A stretch of DNA of 64,000 nucleotides from a virus: IMG/VR virus record IMGVR_UViG_3300023174_000151, positions 1 to 64,000 of that record; one strand, written 5' to 3'. Numbering within the stretch: position 1 is the stretch's first letter; the number at the start of each line of letters is the position of its first letter. The notes beneath the pieces were generated by a model that was not told the DNA's origin, did not search any database, and saw only the letters and a list, made by a program, of their open reading frames with translations. This document shows, piece after piece, positions 55,885-64,000 of the stretch. A program made the position numbers and the translations under genes.

Positions 55885-56817
55885 TTAATTATATTGTTGT
55901 ATTTGTTTCATTAACTCTTCGTCAAATACCGCATTTTTAAACAAATCTGCAAGGTCTTGAGCTTGTACTTGTGCTCCAGTATTTACTTGTTGTGCTGTAG
56001 TTGCATTAAGTCCTGGCACAGATGTGATGGGTGATTGCAGCTGATAACCAACAGTAGGATTTTGGGGTTCGCCATAATCACGGTAATCATATTCTGTGCC
56101 AGCTTTACCGTAGGCGCTAAGTTCCTGTGGTGCTGCACCAGGGTTTATGGTATTTTGAATTACATCATATCCAGCTTGGCCAGGCTTTACTTTACTAGCT
56201 AAACCACCTGGACCACCATACTTTTTAGCCCAGATTTGCATGCCAATATCTTCTGCTGTCTTAACGCTTTCAGGTGTAGCACCTTGAGCTGCAGCAATTT
56301 TACGTGCGTTTTCGTAACGCTGAAGTTCAGGATCTTGTGCTGTTAATTGCGCAGTACGAGACACTTCCTGTTGGTAGCTACGCTCTCCTGGTGGTACATA
56401 AGCATCAGCAAGAGGAGTTTGTGTACTAGTTCTTGGTAAAAGGTTACCAAATTGACCGCCTACTTTACCAGCTTCTCGCGTATAAACTAAATCTTTTCCA
56501 CGTTGAGCAGGGAAAAAACGTTGTCCTCCAACATTGATTTCACCTAATGCAGCAGCATCCGGTGTATACCCTCCTTTCCCAAGCAAAACTTCTCTGCCAT
56601 CTAAACGTGCAGCACCTAAATTAGGAAGTTTTGTTTCGCTAGTTCCAAGATTTAAGAAGGCTCCTATTCTTGCAAGAGGATTAGCCGGTTCTGCCCCACG
56701 GATAACACCACCTTGTCTTAATCGATTAAGAACAGCTTGTTGCTCTCTAGCTCTTTGTACCTGACCTGGATCAGGAGCACTCTTTCTTTGTCCACCTTGA
56801 TAAGCCATTAGCGCCAA
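55885..56817 (-). CDS. putative internal virion protein
   Basis: Gly/Ala/Gln-rich, in the head gene cluster. Confidence 0.6.
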   Translation of the reverse strand: MALMAYQGGQRKSAPDPGQVQRAREQQAVLNRLRQGGVIRGAEPANPLARIGAFLNLGTSETKLPNLGAARLDGREVLLGKGGYTPDAAALGEINVGGQRFFPAQRGKDLVYTREAGKVGGQFGNLLPRTSTQTPLADAYVPPGERSYQQEVSRTAQLTAQDPELQRYENARKIAAAQGATPESVKTAEDIGMQIWAKKYGGPGGLASKVKPGQAGYDVIQNTINPGAAPQELSAYGKAGTEYDYRDYGEPQNPTVGYQLQSPITSVPGLNATTAQQVNTGAQVQAQDLADLFKNAVFDEELMKQIQQYN

Positions 56818-57269
56818 ACCTCATGAAGATAAATACGTGAGCCTACTGCCGTATCAGCAGGTCCCGGTAAAGCTTGAATAAACTCAGCACCAGAGCGTTC
56901 GTAACGGTATCTGGCTTGAAAAGGATCTTTGTAGTTTGGAACGTAAAGAATACCAGCTAAACGATTAGTTTCGTAAAGGTAAACTTCATCCCAAACCTTC
57001 AAGGCTTCCTTGGTATTACTAGAGCGGATCGTGCGATCCACATCACCTGCAATACTTTCTAAACGTGTGGAAGGAGAAGAGGCAACTTCTGTTTTCTTTT
57101 CAGCCGTATCACAACGACCTATTTGAATAGCAATTTTGTCGTAGAAGTAAGAATCAGGAACAGTGTTCAAAGATTCTTCTAAACGAGCATAATCTCCCGC
57201 TGGAACAGAAACCACATAGTAGCCCAGATGGTATCTAACTCTGCTTTTGTCGAAGTCAGAGAGTTGCAC
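56808..57269 (-). CDS. putative head-tail adaptor
   Basis: Size and position after capsid; DKSRVRYHLGY. Confidence 0.5.
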   Translation of the reverse strand: MQLSDFDKSRVRYHLGYYVVSVPAGDYARLEESLNTVPDSYFYDKIAIQIGRCDTAEKKTEVASSPSTRLESIAGDVDRTIRSSNTKEALKVWDEVYLYETNRLAGILYVPNYKDPFQARYRYERSGAEFIQALPGPADTAVGSRIYLHEVWR

Positions 57270-57308
57270 TTCTATTCCTCCTTATCTATTTATTATAAAA
57301 GCATGTAA

Positions 57309-58037
57309 TCAACTAAATACATTGTTAAGGAAATCACCTGTTGCTGCAGACTTACCTTGTATAAACGGATTACTTGTTGAGTAGGATGACAGGAAAGATT
57401 GTGGGTTAAGTGCTTGACTCAAAACATTACCTAATAACTGTTCTTTCAACTGTTGTTCAAATGTCTTTGGTGCTTCCTTTGGTTTATCTGTAGATCCTAC
57501 ACCATACAAGAAAGCTTTAAGTATATCTTCTGTTCGTGCGTCAGTGGATGTTGTTGTTTGTGCAGGTGTAGTTACAGCCGGTGTAGTTGATGCAATTGTA
57601 CTGCTCCCCGCTGGTTTTGTATGTAAGAACTGAATATCATAAGGTTGTCCTTTTGGATCTGTAGTTGATAAAGTACCATAACCTTTATTTGGTGTAAAGG
57701 TACCATAACCTTTATAAGCTAATTGCGTCCCAGCGCCAATGCCTAAATCAATTCCCTCATGGTACGTTGATGCTCCTGCGGTAGGTGCAGAACGTGGTCC
57801 AAAACGTGATGTGATTGGATTGTTCCAGCTCCACTGACCATCTTTGCCTTGTTGTACGATAGGCTTCCCTGCAGCTTGTATATTTTGAAGTAAAGATCTT
57901 ATTGTCTCTGGGTTAATTTTTTTACCTTTATCTTTTCCAAATTGTGGAATTACACGTACATCAAGATGTGGTCCAGTAGTCGCAAAGACATCTTCTCCGG
58001 GACTAGCAATTTTTCCTATCGGTATTAAACCTGCCAT
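57309..58037 (-). CDS. M23 peptidase-like protein, circularly permuted
   Basis: TTGPHLD precedes ITSRFGPR..HEGID. Confidence 0.75.
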   Translation of the reverse strand: MAGLIPIGKIASPGEDVFATTGPHLDVRVIPQFGKDKGKKINPETIRSLLQNIQAAGKPIVQQGKDGQWSWNNPITSRFGPRSAPTAGASTYHEGIDLGIGAGTQLAYKGYGTFTPNKGYGTLSTTDPKGQPYDIQFLHTKPAGSSTIASTTPAVTTPAQTTTSTDARTEDILKAFLYGVGSTDKPKEAPKTFEQQLKEQLLGNVLSQALNPQSFLSSYSTSNPFIQGKSAATGDFLNNVFS

Positions 58038-58069
58038 TTGTATTTTATTTTTCTTTTATTCTAAAAGCA

Positions 58070-58093
58070 AAAACCCCCAGTTTCCCAGGGGTA
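58070..58093 (-). terminator. terminator-like hairpin
   Basis: ACCCC-TGG../..GGGGT stem followed by T-run on the minus strand. Confidence 0.6.
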
Positions 58094-58108
58094 AATAGGA
58101 GATGAGTA

Positions 58109-58519
58109 TTAAACACGTATTAAATCAGCAGCAAAAACGTTTTCCCAATCAATTCGTTTAATCTGTCTCAGTTGTTCGAGATTGTTGAATCTTTCACCTG
58201 ATAAGGACATTTGAAGATCTTTGATCTCACGAGCGGTCTTAAGACCAATGCCCTTGATATGATCTGCGAGCATCTGAGCAGTTGCTGAATTTACATTCAA
58301 GCGATGATCAGGAGGGAAAGTACGTGGCTCTTCTTTTGCTGCTTTATCTTTTACCTGAAGAGTCTTTACCTTTTTAGTGGCATCTTCATCAGGAGATATT
58401 TCAGTTTTATAAGCTGTAAATAAACGTCCGTCTTGGTCTTCGACCATAAACCAATCGCCGTTATCCCACTCGCTTATAACTTTGAGGCGTGCGCCTGTCT
58501 TTTTGTGCTGATAGAGCAT
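58109..58519 (-). CDS. helix-hairpin-helix (ComEA-like) DNA-binding protein
   Basis: LNVNSAT...L...IKGIG.K.A..I...F..LEQL..I. Confidence 0.8.
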   Translation of the reverse strand: MLYQHKKTGARLKVISEWDNGDWFMVEDQDGRLFTAYKTEISPDEDATKKVKTLQVKDKAAKEEPRTFPPDHRLNVNSATAQMLADHIKGIGLKTAREIKDLQMSLSGERFNNLEQLRQIKRIDWENVFAADLIRV

Positions 58520-58557
58520 AAGGACCAGAAGAGTGTTCTGGTCCTAGTTTACCCTAA

Positions 58558-59361
58558 TTAGCTAACAGTGCGACCAATTAAGTAGCTATCGATATCTTCG
58601 TAGCCAGGAGCTTCATCAGGTTGGATGTAGCATATTTCAACTACAAAGTAACCTGTACGACCAGCAAGTGAATCACCACTGGAGATGTAGAAACCACCAG
58701 AAGTAGCTGTACTGTTAGCTGTCTCTTTTGCAAACACCTTCATGGTGGTGGATGCAGTAGCAGCGTAGTTTACATTACCGGCTGTTACACCAGCAGCACC
58801 AGAGGCGATAAGGAAAGGGTTAGTACCAAAACCTTGAACACCTGCAGCAAACAAGATTTCACCAGCTTGGCTACCTGAAACTGTAGAGGTTAGGTTTGCT
58901 TGAATAACGCCTTCACCAATGCCAGATGCAGCGGTTGGTGAGCCAGCATTACTGCGACCGAATGATAATACGTTACCTGTTGCGGCATAGATGCCGGAAG
59001 CAACGCGACCATCACCCCAACCAGAAGCTACGGAAACCGCAGTGCGGTACACGTAAGCAGGTAGGGTAGATGAACCAGAGATCACCATACCAGTAATATT
59101 GGTACGTGTGTCGTCATTCTGATAAGGAGAAGGAACGATCACATCAGCAGCAGATACTGCACCAGCACCAGATGTTGCAGTTACAGCGACATAACCACGT
59201 TGTTGAAAATAACGATAACCGGGGAGCGACAATACGGAAGTAGGGCCACCTTTAGTTGCATCATTAGAGCCGTTGTCGTTGGTATCAATGTTTTTGTACC
59301 AACCGTTCAGGGGTTCTATCCAGTTGCCTGGGTAGATTTTCTTAGCGGACAAATAAGTCAT
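58558..59361 (-). CDS. putative capsid decoration / structural protein
   Basis: Ala/Gly/Ser-rich, directly after capsid. Confidence 0.6.
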   Translation of the reverse strand: MTYLSAKKIYPGNWIEPLNGWYKNIDTNDNGSNDATKGGPTSVLSLPGYRYFQQRGYVAVTATSGAGAVSAADVIVPSPYQNDDTRTNITGMVISGSSTLPAYVYRTAVSVASGWGDGRVASGIYAATGNVLSFGRSNAGSPTAASGIGEGVIQANLTSTVSGSQAGEILFAAGVQGFGTNPFLIASGAAGVTAGNVNYAATASTTMKVFAKETANSTATSGGFYISSGDSLAGRTGYFVVEICYIQPDEAPGYEDIDSYLIGRTVS

Positions 59362-59398
59362 TTATTTTTTCCTTTGGGGATTATTACAGTGATTATGT

Positions 59399-60565
59399 TT
59401 AAACAGTGCCGTCATCGGAGACGTAGCTGAATGCGGTAGTAACGAAGTCCTTGTTCAAGGCTTCAAAACCAGCATACAGTTGCCAAATCAAGATGATGAA
59501 ACGACTGAAGTCATCGTTGTTGTTGATGAGAACTTGAGCGTTAGGACCACCGATACCTACGCCAATTGCTTGAGGACCAAAGAAATAACCTTGGGCAACT
59601 TCTTGGGAAGCGTAAGTACCACCTGTACCAGCAAAGGAGGTAGTAACGTTCTTGGTTGGGAAGTTCGTTGATTCGTAGAACTTCACACCTTCAAACTGAA
59701 CACCAGTTGGCATTACAGGTTCACCAGCCAAGAAGTAAGCTTGACCAGCTTGAGGACCCATGAAGAAGCTGGCGTTGTTAGGCATCATGGGGTTAGCCAT
59801 GTACATGCCTTGACCGGGGTTACCGGCATAACGTGCAATCTCACGGAAGTCAGGATCACGACGCAAGTGCATCATGAATGTAGGATCGCATACACAACGA
59901 TACAAGCCATCAGCAAAGCTTGGTACGTTGCGCTTACGTAGATCCTTAACAACAGTCAGTAGGTCAGTACGTACTGAGAACTGTTGCTGATCGGCGGTAT
60001 ACTCAGTTGCAGTATAGGTAATGCGATTAGAAGAATCTTTTGTCTTACCGCTAGGGAAGTAGTAACCACCTTGGGTTCCAGAAGCTTGACCGTTAGCTTC
60101 AGTTTTAGCTAGTTCGTCAAGGAAGACGCGATCGCGCCAACGACGATAGTCATCTAGCAGTGTGAGGCTACCGATAGATTGATGGAACATATTCAAGTTA
60201 CCTGTGTCCAGCAACATGCGCTGAGCGGTAACTAGAGTCTCACGAGCAATCTTAAAGGTTGAAGGTTGGGTAGGATCACCAGGGTCCGCAGGACCGGTGT
60301 ACTCCTTAAGCACCACAAGGACTTTCTCCTTGGTGATGTTACGGCTATTAGCGGTACCAATGGTTTGGTCGGCAATACGCTCGCGGCTATCCTTAGTGCC
60401 AGGGGTTCCCCAGAACTTGTAGCGGTCGAGTTGTACAGTTTGACCAGGTTGACGTGTGAAGTCGTGGACGACCACGGGCTCAACAGCCATTTCCGCAATA
60501 TAAGCAGGGTGGGGACGGTAAAGTTCCGCACCTAGAATCTTCGGAAAATCGTTATCAATGAACAC
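59399..60565 (-). CDS. major capsid protein
   Basis: 388 aa after portal and scaffold; GGAGG Shine-Dalgarno; biased codon usage; PGQTVQL, FEGVKFYES. Confidence 0.85.
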   Translation of the reverse strand: MFIDNDFPKILGAELYRPHPAYIAEMAVEPVVVHDFTRQPGQTVQLDRYKFWGTPGTKDSRERIADQTIGTANSRNITKEKVLVVLKEYTGPADPGDPTQPSTFKIARETLVTAQRMLLDTGNLNMFHQSIGSLTLLDDYRRWRDRVFLDELAKTEANGQASGTQGGYYFPSGKTKDSSNRITYTATEYTADQQQFSVRTDLLTVVKDLRKRNVPSFADGLYRCVCDPTFMMHLRRDPDFREIARYAGNPGQGMYMANPMMPNNASFFMGPQAGQAYFLAGEPVMPTGVQFEGVKFYESTNFPTKNVTTSFAGTGGTYASQEVAQGYFFGPQAIGVGIGGPNAQVLINNNDDFSRFIILIWQLYAGFEALNKDFVTTAFSYVSDDGTV

Positions 60566-60682
60566 TTTGTTTTATCCTCCAGTTCTCGGGGAATGTTTTT
60601 ACAGGGTGAAAGATTCAGACATTATATGTCTTATCTAACATGATTTTAACAGCTTGTAATTTATTCATTACAAGCTGATGTA

Positions 60683-61678
60683 TTACTCCATTACAAACAG
60701 TTTGTTTGCAACAGTTTGAGGTTGTGCTTGATTCAAAATGCGCCAAGCATTTTGTGGATCACGTGTCATTGTGTCGTTAAATTCACCCCAGAAATTACCA
60801 GGGGCTTGAGGAGCAGCAGCAGCAGGAGGTGCAGGGAACTGACCTACTTGTGTATAACCAGCAGGCTGAGTGGGATAACCACGAGTAGCTAGTTGCTGTT
60901 CATTTTCGTACACAGGATAAGGACCTTCAGGACCGAAGAACTTAAGTGTGTAGTCGCTGAGTACATCAGGGTTAGTCAGAATCTCGTTATAAGCGAGGTT
61001 CTCCTGGTGCTCATTAACGGCAAAGTTGGCGTAACCGGTAATGCAGTTAGTTGCGCGGTTTCCCCATGCGACGGCGCTGTCCACCATTGCTTCCAGGTTT
61101 AGCGCGTAGTTGTTCAGGACTGCTGGCGCTTCCATCCCGAACGCGTCCAGAACCTGACGAGTCTCGTTGCTCAGATTGTAGTAATCTGCTATCGCCGTAT
61201 TTACTTCCTGGTGAGCCTGAGCCCCCGAGGATCCCGTCAAGTAGGTTGGGGAATAGTTGGGCGAGTAAACCTGGTTGGCTTGCCAGGTCTGCGGAGCCGA
61301 TTGTTGCGTAGCTTGGCTGTACGGAATTCCGTAATTGGCCGGGGTATACTGAGGTGCCGCTTGAGAGGGTTGACCCTGGAACGGGGATTGGACTGGTGCG
61401 CTCAGTAGCCCCACTACCTTGTTGAACGCCGACTCCCATGGGTTGCCCTGAGGTGCCGCCGGTTGGGATTGGGGGGCGTATTGAGTAGGGCTTGATAGGT
61501 AACTGGGGTTCGCCTGAGGTACCGCTTGGGGGTAGCTCGTACCCACTTGATAAGCCTGAGGTGCTGCCTGGTAGCTGACCGGAGCTGCTTGTGGTGCTGC
61601 CACCACGTAGTTGCTCGGAGCGACGGCTGCTGGTACTTGGCTCATCTGTGGGATCGATTGGACGGTAGCGTCCTGCAT
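60683..61678 (-). CDS. capsid scaffolding / assembly protein
   Basis: Pro/Gln/Ala-rich, between portal and capsid; AAGGAG Shine-Dalgarno. Confidence 0.7.
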   Translation of the reverse strand: MQDATVQSIPQMSQVPAAVAPSNYVVAAPQAAPVSYQAAPQAYQVGTSYPQAVPQANPSYLSSPTQYAPQSQPAAPQGNPWESAFNKVVGLLSAPVQSPFQGQPSQAAPQYTPANYGIPYSQATQQSAPQTWQANQVYSPNYSPTYLTGSSGAQAHQEVNTAIADYYNLSNETRQVLDAFGMEAPAVLNNYALNLEAMVDSAVAWGNRATNCITGYANFAVNEHQENLAYNEILTNPDVLSDYTLKFFGPEGPYPVYENEQQLATRGYPTQPAGYTQVGQFPAPPAAAAPQAPGNFWGEFNDTMTRDPQNAWRILNQAQPQTVANKLFVME

Positions 61679-63425
61679 AACTCATCTCCTTTTGTAATGC
61701 TTCTAATGTACGATACAGATATGGAGTTAGATCCAATCTTGGATCCGCAGCCATCGGTAAGTCCGGTGATTGCGGGTGAGGAGTCTGCATCATACCCCCC
61801 ACCAGGCGAGAGAATTGAGAGTATGCACTCTGTAATTCATTCACCATCCTGAACGGGAACCCAGATAACATCTCGGCCCGCTCCTCTTCCGTTTTTGAGG
61901 GGAAGAGGTATTTCAGTGCTTCAATGCTATCAACACCTAATTCCTGTAGGTTCCTAACAACAATTGAGTTGTTAAGAATATCTTGTGTTGAGTCTTCATA
62001 AACAGGACCCAGCCAACGCCATTGGAGCGTCACATCTCCATCTGGAATTAGTCCTAATACACCAGGTGGTATTTGTTGGGTCTTAAGACAAGCCATCATT
62101 ATCTTTTTGACTTGGGCCTCAAACATACCCATAGCTTCGTTATATGCTGCTGTATCTTCATCAGTAGCTTGCTCGGGAAGTTCCAAGGGTCTTTCGATTC
62201 CTGCAGCCGCTGCTAATGTGTTACGGAATAAAGTTTCTTCTTGGAATAAGATAAGTTCTAGACAACGACATATTCCATATGTGTAAATAGCAGTTGCCTT
62301 CTTCTTTGCAGTGGCAGATACTCTACCAAATAACGATTTATATTCTGTTGCAGTTACACCTGCAGATATAGATAGTTCGTCTACACCACCAAGAGATGTA
62401 CGTATCTCTTCTCGATATTGACGTGCAAAAGAATTTTGATCTCCTGTGATTGCATCTGGAACAATGTAACCAACACGATCGTTAGGTTCAAGGTTTGCAA
62501 TGATGCGTGGTACGCGAAGCTGACCATCGATACCGCGATAGATAGGATCAGATTTAAACTGAGATCTACTTAAGGGTCCTGCACCACCAAAGCCTGAGTT
62601 TGCTGCAATAGAAGGACGTTGCACAGTAGCGGTGTCACTACTCGATTCCATTAGGTCCGTTTTAGGACGAGAAGAAAGTAGAGTTGGGCTACCAAAGAAA
62701 GTAACATTCTTCCGCATGGTGCGCACCAAGTCATCATGCGTGCATATATGGTTGGCTAAGGCGTCAAATTCACCAACACCTTCCATTGAAAAACCTTTGG
62801 TATTGTTAAAGATTTCAACACAAGGAATAAAGCCAAGCGTATTTTTAAGTGTGGTGGTACGCCCAGAGTTCATTTGATAGTTAGTATCAAATGAAAGTTC
62901 TGCCTCCGAGTGTGTCTCTTCTATTGTCTTACGTTTAATTGAAAGACGAATATAACGTTTAACTCCGCCTTGTCCCATGGAAGCAGGACCTGTTACATCA
63001 GAAGATACAATGTCTTGTTGAAAGCCAAAACCTTGACGTATCTTGTAGCTATAGATAATTACAACTTCGTCTAACTCACCGTCAATGTTGTAGAAACTCC
63101 TATACTCATTACGTCTAAAGAAATAAAGGCGATAATTGTTTTCTGTAGGACGTATGTAAAAAAGACCTTGTCCATCACATAGGAAGTAGTCCCAGATGGA
63201 ATCTAGGCGTGTGTCTATTTGATTGAATTTAATTACACGGTCGATAAAGTCTTTGCGTTGATTACCAAAGTTATCTTGAGCTGGAAAGAATTCAACACCC
63301 TGGCGGATGCCAAACAACTTCATCTGTGCTAAGTGGGACGCGACAATGCCGGTATCAACGGAAGCTCCTCCATCCTTCTCGATGTAGGAATCAACAATCT
63401 CTTTAAGCCGGGCTTTAGCGTCCAT
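61047..63425 (-). CDS. portal protein with long C-terminal extension
   Basis: Position upstream of scaffold and capsid; NTLGFIPCVEI.N, VTLQW.W..VYEDS. Confidence 0.75.
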   Translation of the reverse strand: MDAKARLKEIVDSYIEKDGGASVDTGIVASHLAQMKLFGIRQGVEFFPAQDNFGNQRKDFIDRVIKFNQIDTRLDSIWDYFLCDGQGLFYIRPTENNYRLYFFRRNEYRSFYNIDGELDEVVIIYSYKIRQGFGFQQDIVSSDVTGPASMGQGGVKRYIRLSIKRKTIEETHSEAELSFDTNYQMNSGRTTTLKNTLGFIPCVEIFNNTKGFSMEGVGEFDALANHICTHDDLVRTMRKNVTFFGSPTLLSSRPKTDLMESSSDTATVQRPSIAANSGFGGAGPLSRSQFKSDPIYRGIDGQLRVPRIIANLEPNDRVGYIVPDAITGDQNSFARQYREEIRTSLGGVDELSISAGVTATEYKSLFGRVSATAKKKATAIYTYGICRCLELILFQEETLFRNTLAAAAGIERPLELPEQATDEDTAAYNEAMGMFEAQVKKIMMACLKTQQIPPGVLGLIPDGDVTLQWRWLGPVYEDSTQDILNNSIVVRNLQELGVDSIEALKYLFPSKTEEERAEMLSGFPFRMVNELQSAYSQFSRLVGGMMQTPHPQSPDLPMAADPRLDLTPYLYRTLEALQKEMSYAGRYRPIDPTDEPSTSSRRSEQLRGGSTTSSSGQLPGSTSGLSSGYELPPSGTSGEPQLPIKPYSIRPPIPTGGTSGQPMGVGVQQGSGATERTSPIPVPGSTLSSGTSVYPGQLRNSVQPSYATIGSADLASQPGLLAQLFPNLLDGILGGSGSPGSKYGDSRLLQSEQRDSSGSGRVRDGSASSPEQLRAKPGSNGGQRRRMGKPRN

Positions 63426-63456
63426 TAATTATTACCTTTGTTAAATGCTAGCAGAT

Positions 63457-63879
63457 TCAAGAGACGTATTTATTAATAAATCCGTTTGGTAAAGAAGATT
63501 GATTTTCGCGAAGCTGCGCTAAGATCTGTTCCATACCATCAGAATTTTCAGTAAAACCAGCAAAATTACCTGGCTGACCTGGATTCATTTGTGCTGTTGC
63601 ACCGGCAAGGTTACTAGAACCAAAAGGTGATCCGGCTAAAGGAAGTTGTGGACCACCGCTAGGAGTAATCCCACGGCGTTTCATTTCGTCAAGTAACTGT
63701 TGATTATTTGGAGTGCTCTGTAGAAGACGTCGTATCTGTTCTTCTGAACGGCCACCTAAAGCACCTGGACCTTTATTCACATCAAAACTAGGGTTACCAG
63801 CAAGGAAGCTATTAGCTGTACCACCTATATTTCCAACCGCTCCAGGTACGTTGCGTTCTCCGCCATAATAACCAGCCAT
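63457..63879 (-). CDS. hypothetical Gly-rich protein
   Basis: 140-aa ORF with TAGAAT box upstream. Confidence 0.6.
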   Translation of the reverse strand: MAGYYGGERNVPGAVGNIGGTANSFLAGNPSFDVNKGPGALGGRSEEQIRRLLQSTPNNQQLLDEMKRRGITPSGGPQLPLAGSPFGSSNLAGATAQMNPGQPGNFAGFTENSDGMEQILAQLRENQSSLPNGFINKYVS

Positions 63880-64000
63880 AATCTAACTACTTACTTTTGT
63901 GTATTCTACTCTTCTATAACCTCATAACCGCTTGAGTCATTTACTTTGCTTAGAACGATGCCGTTACTACGTACATCCCAACTAAGCACATCATCCTCCT

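Noticed and set aside
1-64000. Integrated prophage with host flanks, or alternative genetic code
   Set aside because: No host housekeeping block is visible, and genes read fully in the standard code with all three stops used

Overview
The window is a gene-dense tailed dsDNA phage segment, most likely a freshwater picocyanobacterial (Synechococcus/Cyanobium-type) cyanophage. Host inference rests on two NblA-like genes, Dps and SpeD; the gene set recalls the S-EIV1 lineage from memory, unverified. Layout: (i) 0.3-0.8 kb non-coding leader; (ii) plus-strand early arm (0.8-11 kb) of short ORFs separated by repeated structured elements; (iii) replication and metabolism genes (11-33 kb): intein-containing family A DNA polymerase, double-OB SSB, Gp157-like protein, PD-(D/E)xK nuclease, primase-helicase, SpeD, glycosyltransferase, Dps; (iv) mostly minus-strand lysis, tail and head arm (34-64 kb): endolysin, tyrosine recombinase, two repetitive fibre proteins, dCTP deaminase, lysozymes, permuted M23 peptidase, major capsid, scaffold, portal. 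The most striking unexplained signal is a set of four repeated RNA-like folds (tRNA-like junction plus pseudoknot, double hairpin, bulged hairpin, second pseudoknot). Most show covariation, and each family sits at a nearly fixed distance upstream of start codons lacking a Shine-Dalgarno. Other highlights: candidate recombinase core sites overlapping stop codons of small tail-region genes, a 200-bp palindrome, a homing endonuclease that duplicated its host gene's C-terminus, and a 632-bp portal/scaffold overlap. All calls were made by eye; no searches or folding programs were run.
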